Source: Antedon mediterranea (Eukaryota; Animalia; Echinodermata). Taken from it: a stretch of 64,000 nt of DNA. The notes beneath the pieces were generated by a model that searched no databases, was not told the DNA's origin, and saw nothing but the letters and a program-made list of their open reading frames with translations. The stretch's first letter is position 1. Each line of letters begins with the position of its first letter. The stretch spans positions 18,370,871 through 18,434,870 of the forward strand of contig NC_092676.1 of assembly GCF_964355755.1 (NCBI RefSeq), read 5' to 3'. The translations under genes were made by a program, and so were the position numbers. This document shows, one piece after another, positions 13,801 to 26,159 of the stretch.

Positions 13801-16800
13801 TTCACATGGATCGAAATTTTACCGGAAGAAAGGGACATTTCATTACTCGTAACATATTCTTAAAAAATAGTAAATAAAAATGTATACATATTAATATGTA
13901 CTTATGTTTGCACCTTATTGATAAATAATGATATACCTACAGTACAAAGCAATCTCAATGTTTATTGAAATATCTTGTTACACCAGTTTTGGAACGGGAG
14001 GTTCAACAAGGTCTTCTAAATCCTGACGTCGATACAAAAGTTAAGGTCCAGTGCTTTCAAAGAAGGTTTGAAAATATCAAACAACATTTACAAGATTTCT
14101 CTGCTAAGGAGTACATTGATCTACTGCCGATGAAAGCTGAGAGTGATACAGCGCTTGCGCAGAAAACAGAAGACTTAATTGATAACAGAATTATGCAAAG
14201 AGTAAGTAAAAAAGTACAGCATGCTTATTACCGTTAAAGCTTGGTTCCCGCTAGGACACAACGCAAGCGCAACGTTAAGTGATTTGACCAATCACAACCG
14301 ATGGATTTATTTGAACTACCGCTTGTCATTGGTTAACTCGCTTGCGTTGCACCTACATCCTTGCGTTACGTCACTACTGAGAACCATGCCTTATGAACGA
14401 GATATCTTGTATTTATATTACGGTAGAAACTCTATCAAAAAGAAAACGTTAGCAAAGTGTATCTCAACAAAGTTGGTCGAAGAAATACGATTTTGAAATA
14501 CTCTTTTCTCTTGGTTTGTCAGTAAAAGTAGTGGATAGTTTATAATCTATTATATCTGCAGTAATTCTGTTCTGCAGTAATTATGTATTACTGTAAGGTA
14601 GTCAATGATTTATCAGCAAGATACCAACAGAATGACACATTTGTAGCTTTACACTTTCCTTTCATGATCTGCTTCCCAAACTTTTTTTTGTGACGCTGTA
14701 ATATGTTGTGTTTCAATTCTATTTAATCTCTCTAATGTAAATGCACTTTATTAACAGACTGAACAATACTTTGCCTCAAACTTTAATGAGGCACATTAAC
14801 TTAATCAGATTATACAAAATACGTTTAAATAAAAATAAACTAAAGTAAAAACCTTATAAACACATAAACATTTTTTTATTCAAACCGAAATATCATTCAT
14901 GATAATAATAATGATTTTTTTTTTCAAATAAAATTAGATAAGCTTAAATAACCTCCACACGTACAATGTATCGTGGGACCGGGACGGAATCAACCCTGAA
15001 GCCAACCGCAGTCACAAACATTATTTGGAAAAGTTATCAAATGAATTACATGATTCGCTTAAAGTCAAAATAGACGCCATGGTGTTTTCAGAAGGTTGTA
15101 TTACATTTGGAAACTCCTTCCAGTTATATGAAGAACTTTCCCAGCACGTTAACTATATTCACGAGAGGTAATTCATTTAACTATTTTGTATTATGTACGG
15201 AATGGCATCATTGACGAAATCTTTGAATTTTGATTTCAAATGTTTTTCCATTCACAGAACGAGTAGTTTCTTTGGGTTTGGTGATGTTCTAACTTGTATA
15301 AAGGAACACTTATGTAATGGTGAAAATCAAGTGACTGTACTGCATGGGAAAGCTGGCTGTGGAAAGTCAAGCCTGATGGCTAAGGTGTCACTATTGTTAC
15401 CTTCTTGGAACAAAGGGTATGTTATGATAGCAAATTACTGTAAATTTATAAATTATACTTATATTATGCTATTTGAAATTTATAAAACGTGTACTCGAGA
15501 AAAACGCGTTCTACATTACAATAACGGGAGTTGTAAACCCGATGCCATCATTTACCGCTCAGTATATAATATATATATATAATTGATGATTTCAGAAAAT
15601 AAAACAAGTAAATTCACGAAGCAATTTTAACTTTACAGTAACTATGATTTTCAGTGCCCGTTGAGCCTACAATTCATTAGTCTTACAATGTATCTTGTAC
15701 TTGTTCTATAGACCGCAACCTGCTATAATAACGAGATTCATTGGAACGACAAGCTACTCAGAAATACCTCGTTGTTTACTCAAGAGTCTGTGTAATCATA
15801 TTTCCAATATATATGATCTAGATCCGGAAACAATACCACAGGTAATTATTAATAATCACTATTAATCACATAGGATTTTCAATAAAACTCTAAAACAAAG
15901 TTGGCTAGATCCATCTTTTCAAATATTTCCATTTTCTAAAAAAGGTTTGGTCTCAAATGATTGTATTCATCGTGTACACGTTTGTGAGATATTTTCATTT
16001 CCCTAAATTGGTCATTCGATTATGTGATTGTTTTTGTACAAGACGGTGCCGCATTCTTTCTTCTCCATTTCTTCAAAACATCAGCCTAATTCTGGTCAGG
16101 TTATCTGTATCGAACTTACGTTTCATTTCAGGATTATTTTGCATTGATGAATGATTTTACAGGAAGGTTGCAAGCCGCAAATCACGAGCGCCCTCTTGTA
16201 ATCTTTCTCGATGGTCTCCATCAAATGTCACCCGAAAGTTTGACAACGGGCGAAGGTTGGCTACCGAAGAATCTCCCGCCAAACGTCCAACTCGTGTTAT
16301 CGTGCGCAGACGACGACTCGTGCACCACTTTTAAATCCATCAAGGTATTGTCTTTGATACGATAGCAATGATTTTGGGACTGTAAAGAAGAAGATTATTT
16401 ATAGATATTTTACAAAAATTAATTTGCGCATGCGTATAAGCCTTATTCGCTATTATCACTTATTCGCTATAACAACAAGATTACCCTTTAGTTGCTAGAT
16501 TTTAATTTACCGTCATATTTTCGTAAATATGTCTTAAAGGCGATGTAGCTAAACATTTATGAACTGATAGAGTTTTTTTCCTATAATTTACACTTGATAT
16601 TTTACCTATCAATCAATAGTATCATTATAATTCTATAATCCACAGAAACAATTTCCGTCTGCAAATTATGTACATGTACCGGACTTAGCAAAGAAAGATA
16701 TTAACAATATCCTACAGTATCGTCTATCAGTGGAAAACAGAATGCTCACAGAGGAACAGATGAAATATTTAATGGAAAGCGTTCTTGAAAACCCAACTCA

Positions 16801-19800
16801 TCTGTATCTGAAAATGGCAATACAAGAAGCACTGTCATGGAAAAGCTACTCGGTGCTCAAAGACATGCGTTTAGGGAGTACGACAAAAAAGCAGATTAAT
16901 GGTAATACTGTACTAGTATATTTTAATGTCTCTAATAAGCGACCAATTGCGCGTTCAAAAGTAGTTGCTTGCAAATTGTATTTTTCCAAATTTTAGCTTC
17001 GCATGTTGCTTGGCTGGATTACGTTCTTGCTAGTCATCGGTGTTGAAACTGAATTACCTTTATCTTGCCTTTCAATTTTAAGGAACCCAGTGTCAGGTTG
17101 TCAACTCCACTTTCTAAGCCTCAAATGAGACTTACAGTAGTTTATAAGCACGATAAATTATAAAGTAGTTTCCATAACTGTAATTGGCAAGTTCGCTGGT
17201 GAAAAAAGATATTTATAACGATAAATAGACTTGCCCCAAGGGTGTATTCATTGTTCATTTATTTTTATTTCGATTTTTGTCAGAAAATACATAGTATACG
17301 TATGAAACGCCATATGTGTCAAAATATTTATCTTTTTATTAATTTTTGCAGCCAGTACGGGTATGTTAACATTGTACCTACAATTTTGTACAATATCAAC
17401 TAAAGGAAATGTTTTATTTTTCCTCTTAGCATTTTTCTTGCGGTCGGAGCAGTGTGTTGGTGAGCCCATTGTACGCAGGGCTTTAGGATACCTCACGGCA
17501 TCTAAATGTGGTCTCACTGACAACGAAATAGAAGATCTTCTTTCCTTAGATAATGCAGTAATTGAAGATGTTGCGAGTGCAAATGGAACCACATTGTACC
17601 GTTTTCCACCAGTCTTATGGTCTAGCTTAAAAGACTTGCTTTATCCATATCTCATGAAAAGCACCTGTTGTGGGGTGCCACTTTACAGGTGGAGGTACCA
17701 CCTGTTTAAAGAAGTAGCAACAGAAAGGTACGGTGTTTACAACCCTTTTCATTCAATTCACATCCCTGTCCATTCTATTCACATTTATTCAGAAATATAT
17801 AGTTACATTGTTACATACAAATTGCAAAGATCTTGCAGAGAAAAGTCTATTTTCTGTAGTCTTAAGGCCCTTAGAAAAAAAAAGAAAATAACAAAAATCA
17901 CGAAGAAGACGACTTTTCTGACGGTATTGCTAACATAAAGACTTATAACTACATTTTCAGAAATGTTATATTTTCTAATTATAAGATATCCAGTGCTACC
18001 GAAATTCTTCAAAATGTCTTAATTACATGTACGGTAATATTAACATTGTTTTTTTTTATTATTCTTTGGCCAACCATCAGGTACCTTCTTTCTAAAGACA
18101 AAGCACCATCTTATCACCTGATACTTGCCGAGTATTTTTCTGGTAGATGGTTTGACACACCAAAACCTTGCAAGTCCACTGAAAAGGGAAAACTACGGTT
18201 CGTAGATTCACAGGCATTGAGTTACACCAACAGTTTAACTTCAGGTAGCTTTACACTTTCCTTTAAACTTTCGTGTCTTGGTCCGCTTACAACCTGACGC
18301 TGTACTATGTTGTGGTCAGATGTTAATTCATTTCATTTAGATATATTTAGTATAGAAACGTACTTTGTATCAAAATGACTTGCTTCAATACAATAACTTC
18401 AGGACTAAACTATTTTTTACAAAATGTTATCGCACAGGGCAATTTAAAGATATATTATTTTCCACTTGAAAAAATAATTTTGTTGTGGAGTACCGTATGC
18501 CATTTAAAAAAAGCCATGAAAATTGTAATTTAAAGCAAAAATAGTTAAATTTGGTCGGATTTAACGGTCTATTTTGTGAAAACATTATTTTTCCCGTGGC
18601 CTATTCAAAGTCTGAATTTTTTAATCTTCATTTTCATGTTTTTAGAGGACAATACAGTTTAATGCCATGATTTTTTGTAACATTTGTGAATTTAACTGTG
18701 TTACAGGTGTATCAAATATGTATTACAACTACCGTAAGCTACACGAGCTACCGTATCATCTTTTAAATGGCAAGCGAATGGACCTTCTTAAATCAGACGT
18801 ATTGTTGAACTTTGAATGGACGTTGGCAAAACTAAAAGCAGTGTCTTTACAAGATGTTCTGGATGATCTCCACAGTGGCCTTGCAAGTGAACCAAATGTT
18901 ATGGAGTTACGTCTAATCAGTGAAACATTACAACTGTCCGTCAATGCGTTGAGGAAGAACCCGAACCAATTAGCTTCTCAACTAATAGGAAGATTGCATA
19001 ATATAATATTGAACGACAAACCAATGTCAATTGGAGACCCGAAGAAGTACCCTCTTATTGCTGTTATGTTAACTCAAGCTACCAAGTCACCGACTTCTGC
19101 TTTAATACCATCGGTCACATGTTTGACACCACCAGGAGGCGTACTATATGATCTTCTTGCGGGTCACACTGACTTTATAACGGCACTGACAACTACCACT
19201 GATGGCCTAGAGTCTATCACAGCATCACATGATGGGACTCTCAAACTCTGGGATCTTAGAAGTCGAAAGGTTTTAAAAACCATCGAAAATGTTGGAAAGA
19301 AGGTAAGTGATTACTAAAACTTTTTTATTTAAAAAAGAAACACAGAAGGTTTTATGTAATAATACAGGTTGAACATTTAAATTCATGGACATTTACTAGA
19401 CTATATTTTCATTATGGGGCATTTATTATCGTGGCATGTGTACAGTAATCAATATGTCGTTTTTTATAGGTTGATTCAGTCCACGTGTGCATGAATAACT
19501 TCTATGTCGTCACAACCGAAGAGATGCTAATTAAGATTTGGAATATTCATCAGGGTATTTGCATAAAGGTCATGGACGAATTTATTGACCCTGCTATTAT
19601 TACTTCTGCTGGAATGGAACAAGAGTACCTCGTTGCTTTTTTTAACGGTTCAAATGTCATGAGGTCATGGGACTTGAGAGATGATTACAAAATGCTTAAA
19701 GAAATCCAAATAGAAGACGAAGCAATCCATAAAGACGGATCATTGTGCATATCTAAAAATTCCTGTGGAGAAAAAGTCTTTTTTGCGTTTCGAAGTGATA

Positions 19801-22800
19801 ACAAGGCAAAGGTACTGAATACAATTTCGGGAAACACGGTATGTAAAACAACATAAGATCATTATATCATATTTATGTAGGCTTAATTTTTACTTTATTA
19901 TTAGGTAGTTATATAAAAATAATGAATGTTTATGGGGCCAGGTACCTAGGCCATTCACAAAAGCAGTGCTTCTAAATTCCGAAATTTAATATACAATGTA
20001 AACAATTTATTTTATTTTATTATTTTCTTTTTCATGTTTTTGGGCCAATAACTAGTTAGTTTAATGCTGATTTTGGAACGACGATACACACAGATTACAA
20101 ATTAACAGTATACTATTATATTTATATTCTATTTAGGTACATTGCTTACGCACAACTGGAGAATCTGCATCAATTACTGCACTTGGAGTTTCACGTGAAT
20201 ATTACGTCATAGCATGCCGTTACCAGTACATGAAGCTTTCTGAAATCCATCATCTTGAACTATTTGAAAACACCAGTGGTCAGTACCTACGCTGCATCAA
20301 AGGTAGAACAATACATTCCCTTTTTCTTTTCTTTGTCCGCATCAATCTTCATCTCATCGGATAGGCCTACTGTATAGCGTCTACTGACACCATCTAGAGT
20401 AGCCCTTTTTATTGTGGCTGTGACACGATTAGTTCCACACGCGCCCGGAGAATATGTACATAGTACAGTACTATTGGTATTTGTCGCAGCCAGACAAAAG
20501 ATCATAGGAAATGGTACGAATTCCTATCTTGAAAAGGCGAGCCCAATGTCGTTAGATTGCGTTGGTTAGATGTAAGTTGATACAGAGTTTGCGGTACACC
20601 ACGTCATATATTAGTTCTGAAAAGAACTGTTGAGTTTCTCGACGTTTCGATCAATATGCTTTAATCGTCGTCAAGAGAGAGAATGATGATGTAAGTTAAT
20701 ATTTAGGAGTTATGTGGCAATGGTTGGGTCTGTTTTCGACACATAATACCGTATCATGAGAATCGACTGAATGATGAACACACGTTTTTACCTTTTTTTT
20801 CAAAGGCTGTACACAAGACACAATAGATGAACTATACATAAACAAGATGGGATCACACGCGCTAAGTCTGTGTTATTCGGCACAGTCGAATGCTACTGAT
20901 GTTGCTGTATTCAACCTGGAAACAGATGACCACAAGCATCTTGCACGACACGCTCAGGTAAACTTTTAATCTATATATAAATTTACGTAAGGGCAAAATT
21001 CGGTAAATCGCGCGTTATTTCTAGAATGTTTACTCGATGGTATATAAAGTTGGTTCGTACTTTCGGTACTGATTTTAACCACCTGATATAACCCTGTTTA
21101 CTAATTAAATTGAGTTCGATAATTAGTTATTGACGATTAAAACGAATTTAGGTTCAACGATTTGCCCCAAATAGGGGTGTTTTTCGATCGCGGTATACAC
21201 TGTCTAATGGATGTCTATACCGCTAGTTAACACTACTGTATGCTGTGGTATCATAGTATATTACTGGGTTTTTTTCATTCTAAATATTAATGATTATAAA
21301 ACAAAGTAATGTGAACGTAAATATTAAACTCTATCGTGTTTAAATCGTACATTTCTCTTATGTATTTGTATAACAACAGGTTTCAACCATGGGAACATGT
21401 GTGAATCTCAGCTATTGTTTAACAGCATCGAAACGGGACAAAGCATTGCGTATATGGAATTTTACTAAATATGTGAACGAGCGTGAATCTGGAGATGGCA
21501 AGAATAAGAAAAGAGATGGAATATCTGCCATCGTGCCAATGATTGATAACTCTAGATACGTAGTCGCCAAAACCATCAACAACGGCCCACTGTCAGTCTG
21601 GAACGTCGTAAAAGGAAGATGCGCCGATAAAGCCGTTCGAATTGAAAGAGGACTCGGTGACCAACATGACGTGGTGCTCATTCGAAACAATAAGGCTATC
21701 ATTCTGTCCGATAAAGGTATGTCCACTGTGAGTGACAAGCAGCAATTTGTATTTCAGACGGTTTTTATGTATGATCTACGACTGAAAAAGTATTTGAGAA
21801 AGTTAAATCAGGTTTTTATTGTACCGTCACCAGCGCATGAGTACAGGATCCTGGAAGATGATTCACTGATGGGTATGTCAGAAAATCGGGATCACTTGAT
21901 TGTTTGGAATCTCGAAAATGGTCATATCAAATACAGGATTAAGACAAAATTCCGCGAGCTAGAAAGACAGCGAGTATTAAATCACGAAGAAGGAAAGCCG
22001 AAGTGGAGGAAGAAACGTGAAACCACGGCGAAGATGTTGCCATGGGACCGGAGAACTGAAACAACAATAGCAAGACAAAAACGAAGAGATGAAGAGATGG
22101 ATGAAGATAAGAAGCGAATGGACGATCTTAGAAAAGAGAAGGAAAACGCAATCGAGCAATTCGTTATGAGTAAAGATGAAAAAGTTATCGTATGTTCTTA
22201 TTTTGCACACCATATGTGCGTGTTCGACGTTGAATCACAGACGCACACGCAGACATTAGAAAATGATAACTCAATGCTATTTCTGTATAATGCATCAATA
22301 ACAAGCAAAGGAACGCACCTTGTCCATGCAAACTACGATGATCTGGAAAAGGTTAGCTATGTAACATTATGGGATCTTGAGACAGGGCAAGTAAAGAAAC
22401 GTCTAAAGAACGAACCTAACGTATGTTGCATTGGACTGAACGACCTCGCTAATAGGGTGCTCTTTGGAAACGACAAGAACATCTTAAAGATTTGGGATGT
22501 TCGTGGTCGTAAATCCAAATTAAGGAAATTAAAAACACCAGGACTAGAATTAACATTACAAAGTAAAGTGTTTATGATTGAGGATGGCAAACGAGCGGTG
22601 GTTTTCAGTAATGACGTTACGCTGTGGGATTTGGATGAAGGATCTCCATTGGCGATGTTCTCACCGGACATTAGCATCACTTGTGTCGATGTCGTCATGG
22701 ATGGTCAGCTGATTGTGTTGGGATTACACGACACTTCGGACATAGTAACGTTACGTTTAAAGGGACGTAATATAAAATTTTTAGATTTCAAAAACAGTGC

Positions 22801-22897
22801 TAAGTCACAGGAACTATTTGGTGAAACGACTGGTGATACATCAGACGAGGATTCGTCGTCAGATGATGTAGATAAGTCTATTACTGAATCCACATAA
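1873..22897 (+). CDS. NACHT and WD repeat domain-containing protein (NWD1/NWD2 family; DUF4062-like + NACHT + WD40), ~2200 aa, 24 exons
   Basis: Phase-consistent GT-AG exons: 1873-1974, 8375-8476, 8643-8717, 8842-8943, 9248-10004, 10125-10327, 10730-10875, 11267-11521, 11997-12098, 13196-13354, 13585-13742, 13987-14201, 14938-15167, 15258-15416, 15712-15841, 16132-16344, 16646-16901, 17430-17727, 18081-18244, 18707-19302, 19470-19838, 20137-20302, 20806-20957, 21380-22897. Family motifs: VNIYLASTFSDFVGER..DLNWG..GPNFIALLGQKYG (DUF4062-like), WYKLDENTIPHVYRLQ, Walker A GKAGCGKS, RFIGTT, Walker B LVIFLDGL, ALGYLTASKCGLTDNEIEDLLSLD, RKLHELPYHL, and WD repeats (GHTDFITAL...ASHDGTLKLWDL). The first exon and start codon are uncertain. 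Confidence 0.9.
6302..6481. mobile_element. MITE family A (agctctgtctacactatcaaac TIR), Harbinger/Tourist-like
   Basis: Perfect ~25-bp TIR with TAA/TTA flanks. Seven related copies in the window. Confidence 0.8.
7409..7421. promoter_or_regulatory. Candidate RFX X-box (tttgcctagcaac)
   Basis: One mismatch to the classical GTTGCCTAGCAAC X-box. A CRE-like ttacgtca lies ~60 bp upstream. Located inside NWD intron 1. Confidence 0.3.
8106..8242. mobile_element. MITE family B, degenerate copy
   Basis: cactaggacgaaacgcaag ... cttgcgttgcgtcccagtggaaacacagct inverted ends. Confidence 0.5.
14238..14391. mobile_element. MITE family B copy
   Basis: agcttggttcccgctagg...ctactgagaaccatgcc, with interior gaccaatcaca/gtcattggttaa shared with the 625-798 copy. 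Confidence 0.7.
20637..20678 (-). ncRNA. Minimal type I hammerhead ribozyme motif (Penelope-like element associated)
   Basis: Minus strand reads tctc-TTGACGA-c-gattaa-agcata-ttgatc-GAAA-c-GTC-gaga: helix I (tctc/gaga), core UUGACGA (C3U variant), helix II (gattaa/ttgatc), GAAA and a GUC cleavage triplet. Confidence 0.55.
20970..21226 (+). mobile_element. 257-bp non-autonomous Helitron
   Basis: Starts a|TCtatatataaattt and ends with a hairpin (gcggtata..tataccgc) running into CTAG|t. Inserted at A|T with no TSD. High identity to the 5' parts of the copies at 29087 and 29886. Confidence 0.75.
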
Positions 22898-23254
22898 TGT
22901 GTGGGTCCGCCGAAAAGGACGCAACACATCAAGGCAGCGACGTAAAAGTGACAATCATCTTGCGTAGTAGACACACAGTGTCGAAAATGTCGTTTTTCAT
23001 CGATTGCGGCAATGTACAAAAAATGAAATCCGTTTGATTTTACGTAGAAGAGTGTAAAGGAAACTAGGCGGCCATCGACCGGGGTCTTTGCTGAGCCATC
23101 CTTAATGGTTGATCCTATACCAGAACTAGTCCTAGCCAAACTTAATATTATAGTAGAACCCCTTTAAATGGAGTTTCTACCGTTATTGTAATTTATAATA
23201 ATGTAATAAATATTGTAAGTAGGCCTATGTTGGAGAAAAACAAGTTTTAGAAAT

Positions 23255-24910
23255 TCAATAAACAATATTTAAAAATTCGTGGTCACAATTTTTCGAAAAT
23301 TTGCCAAATACCCTTTTAATTGACATATTGACCTGCGCAGAATCACATAATTTGGTCTGCGAATGTGACCTCAATATAATACATATTTTAAATAGTCGAA
23401 TAGTCGGTACATATAGAGTTCTGCGCATGTTACCTCTATATATTTTAAATAGTCGATATTTGACCATTTTTCGAAAAAATCTTTGTACTGTAGTACAGGA
23501 AAATTTTCGAAATATGGCCAAAATTCCACCCATTTTTAAATATTGACATGCGCAAAATCACATAGTGTGTTCTGCGCATGTTACCTCAACACGTATTTTA
23601 AATAGTCGATATTTAAAATATTGAAATGCGCAGAATCACATAATGTGGTCTGCGAATGTTAACCTCAGTGCATTTTGAAGTAGTCGATATTTTCGCAATT
23701 TAAAAAAAAAATCCTGTACAGGGATTTTTTTTCAAAAAACGGCCAAATTTCGACCCTTTTCTTTTTCGACATAACTTGTTACAAACACTAAGATGTATAA
23801 GATGATTATAACGCAATGCGCATATAGCAATAATATCGCAAAATAATTGAATTTAAAAAAATGGATATTTTGGACATTTTTCAAAAAAATCCCTGGATTT
23901 ATTTTCCAAATTTCGACTCTTCTTTTTCGACATAACTTGTTACAAACACTCTTATAAGATGATGATAACGCTATATATGCGTGGGCCTATATATAGCAAT
24001 ATTATGGCAAAATAATTGAATTTTAAAAAGTGAATATTTTTCGAAAAAAATCCCTTATACTACAGGTACATTTTCGAAAAATGGCCAAATTTCGACCCTT
24101 TTAATTTTTTGAAAAAATGCGAATGTGACCTCAATACAATAAAAAAAATAGTCGATATTTAACTGTTTTTCGAAAAATTCTTTATTTAAAATATGGCCAT
24201 TTAGGCCTATATTTTGAAATACCTCAATACATATTTTAAATAGTCGATATTTGGAAATATTTACATGCTCAGATTCGCATAATGATCTGCGCATGTGGCC
24301 TCAATACAATACATATTTGAAATAGTCGATATTTGACCATTTTTCAAAAATAAATCCTTGTACTGTAGTACGGGGAAATTTTCGAAATATTATTATTTAT
24401 ATTATTATCATATTATTAATAATATGAATAATTAATTATTCATTAATATTTTGAAATATTGACATGCGCATCTCAATAGACTAGCTAACCTATTTAAAAT
24501 ATATATTGAGGTGGTAACATGCGCAAACCACATTGTGATTCTGCGCATGTCAATATGTCTATATTTGGCAATTTTTCGGAAATTTCCTTTTATACAATAT
24601 TCTTTATTTATAGTGTATAAAAGAAAAATTCCCGTACTAAAGTACGGAAATTTTTTAGAAAAATTTCACAAAATCGACTATTTTTAAATAGGCCATTTTT
24701 TTAATTTGAAAAATGTATTTAGATAACATGCGCAGACCTATTATGTGATTCTGCGCATGTCAATAAAAGGTCTTTCGAAAAATGGCCAAAGACCGACTAT
24801 TCAAAATATGTAGGCCTATTAAGGTAACAAATGTCGATCCTTTTATTTTTAGACATAACTTGCCACTATGACTTTAAGTAACCCAATATATGCACATATA
24901 ATATTATCGT
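23255..24910. repeat. Complex satellite-like tandem array with an internal inversion
   Basis: A recurring unit (atattgacatgcgcagaatcacataat..gtctgcgcatgttacctc..ttttaaatagtcgatattt..ttttcgaaaa) runs forward from ~23280 to 24470 and is reverse-complemented from ~24490 to 24830. A second block (cgacataacttg) occurs at ~23765, ~23925 and ~24850. Confidence 0.7.
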
Positions 24911-26134
24911 ATAATAATTTGAATTGATATAGTTATAACAGTAAGACTTAATGCATAAAAACGGAACAGCAATAGAAAAACGGAACAGCAATAGAAAACC
25001 TTTTATTACCGACAAAAAAAATGATTTCAATTCTCATTTGTTAACCAAGAAAATAATGCTCAAGCCAAGATTACATACATGCGATAATATTTTTACACTA
25101 TTTCTATAAAGCAAAGAAACCGCAAATATTGATCAATATTTTTAACGAATAAAGTACAGTTGTGTCTTCCTCTTCCTGATCTTCGTCCAAGAGACAATTA
25201 TCGTTTGAATCCACGATGCTGAATCTGATTATACGTCTTAACAGGGAATCTGCAATTGACACTGCTGCTTATTCTCAATTTCAAGACTAAATAGGCCCCT
25301 AAGTTTAATTTTCCAAAAGACCAAACCAAAAGAATGTAGGCCTAAACTATTTTTATAATAAGTTTAAATTAAAAATCATATTAATTTAACCAATGTAATG
25401 TCACTTATATAATATATTATTAAAGCAAATTAAACAATTGTATTTGTTTATTTGACAAATTTTGCTATAGGCCTATAATTAATAATTTAAGCAGTTTAAG
25501 ATGCACAATTTACATTGATAGGCCCACGAACGTGAAAGTATTTCCGTGTTTCATTGATGTAAAATAAGTCAGTTAGCATAGTCTCAGCGGCAATTACATT
25601 ACATTAGGCCTATAGGCCTACATAAACTAACGTTCGAAAGCGATGTAAATTTATCACGGGCGATATCCCTGAAATAATTTATTACATTTTATCACATGCG
25701 TGTTGTAGGCCTACAGTTTGTGTGAATCGTTTATTAGCAAATACACAAGATTATTGTTTATAGGCATATAGATGTAACAATTTTAAATCGTCGGTATGTT
25801 TTGTCATTCATTTACTTGCGGGTTATTAGTTACGTCCTTGTAAGTGGGAACCAAGATTTAATAATACATTACTTTTTTCACCATAGTAAACGTTGTTAAC
25901 AATTTCAATTCATTCTATCACCAAATAGAGAATCCCAAGAAAATAATTAATGTTGGCTGCTGTTCATGAATGTTCGTTTTAAACCAGAAAAGCATCTAGA
26001 TACATTAAAGAAACCCAACAATTATTGAGAAAATTATTCAACAGACGAACAGACTATATGCCGCCATTTTAATTTGTTAAAAACCTATAGCTGCATTTAA
26101 CGGATTGTAGGTATTTCCTGCGTGTACAGCGGGT

Positions 26135-26159
26135 TTATTCTGGTTCCTGCCCATAACCT
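26135..26159 (-). CDS. Candidate terminal coding exon of the IGFBP/follistatin-like gene (RGYGQEPE*)
   Basis: Strong acceptor (ttttttttttccttttcag). Phase matches the donor at 32455. Linkage to the gene is inferred only. Confidence 0.3.

Noticed and set aside
21412-23139. Several minus-strand ORFs of 78-144 aa
   Set aside because: Antisense shadows of the long NWD terminal exon, with no motifs or splice support.
23255-24910. Repeat-spacer-like periodicity suggesting a CRISPR array
   Set aside because: Eukaryotic context, degenerate units of variable length, repetitive spacers and no cas genes.
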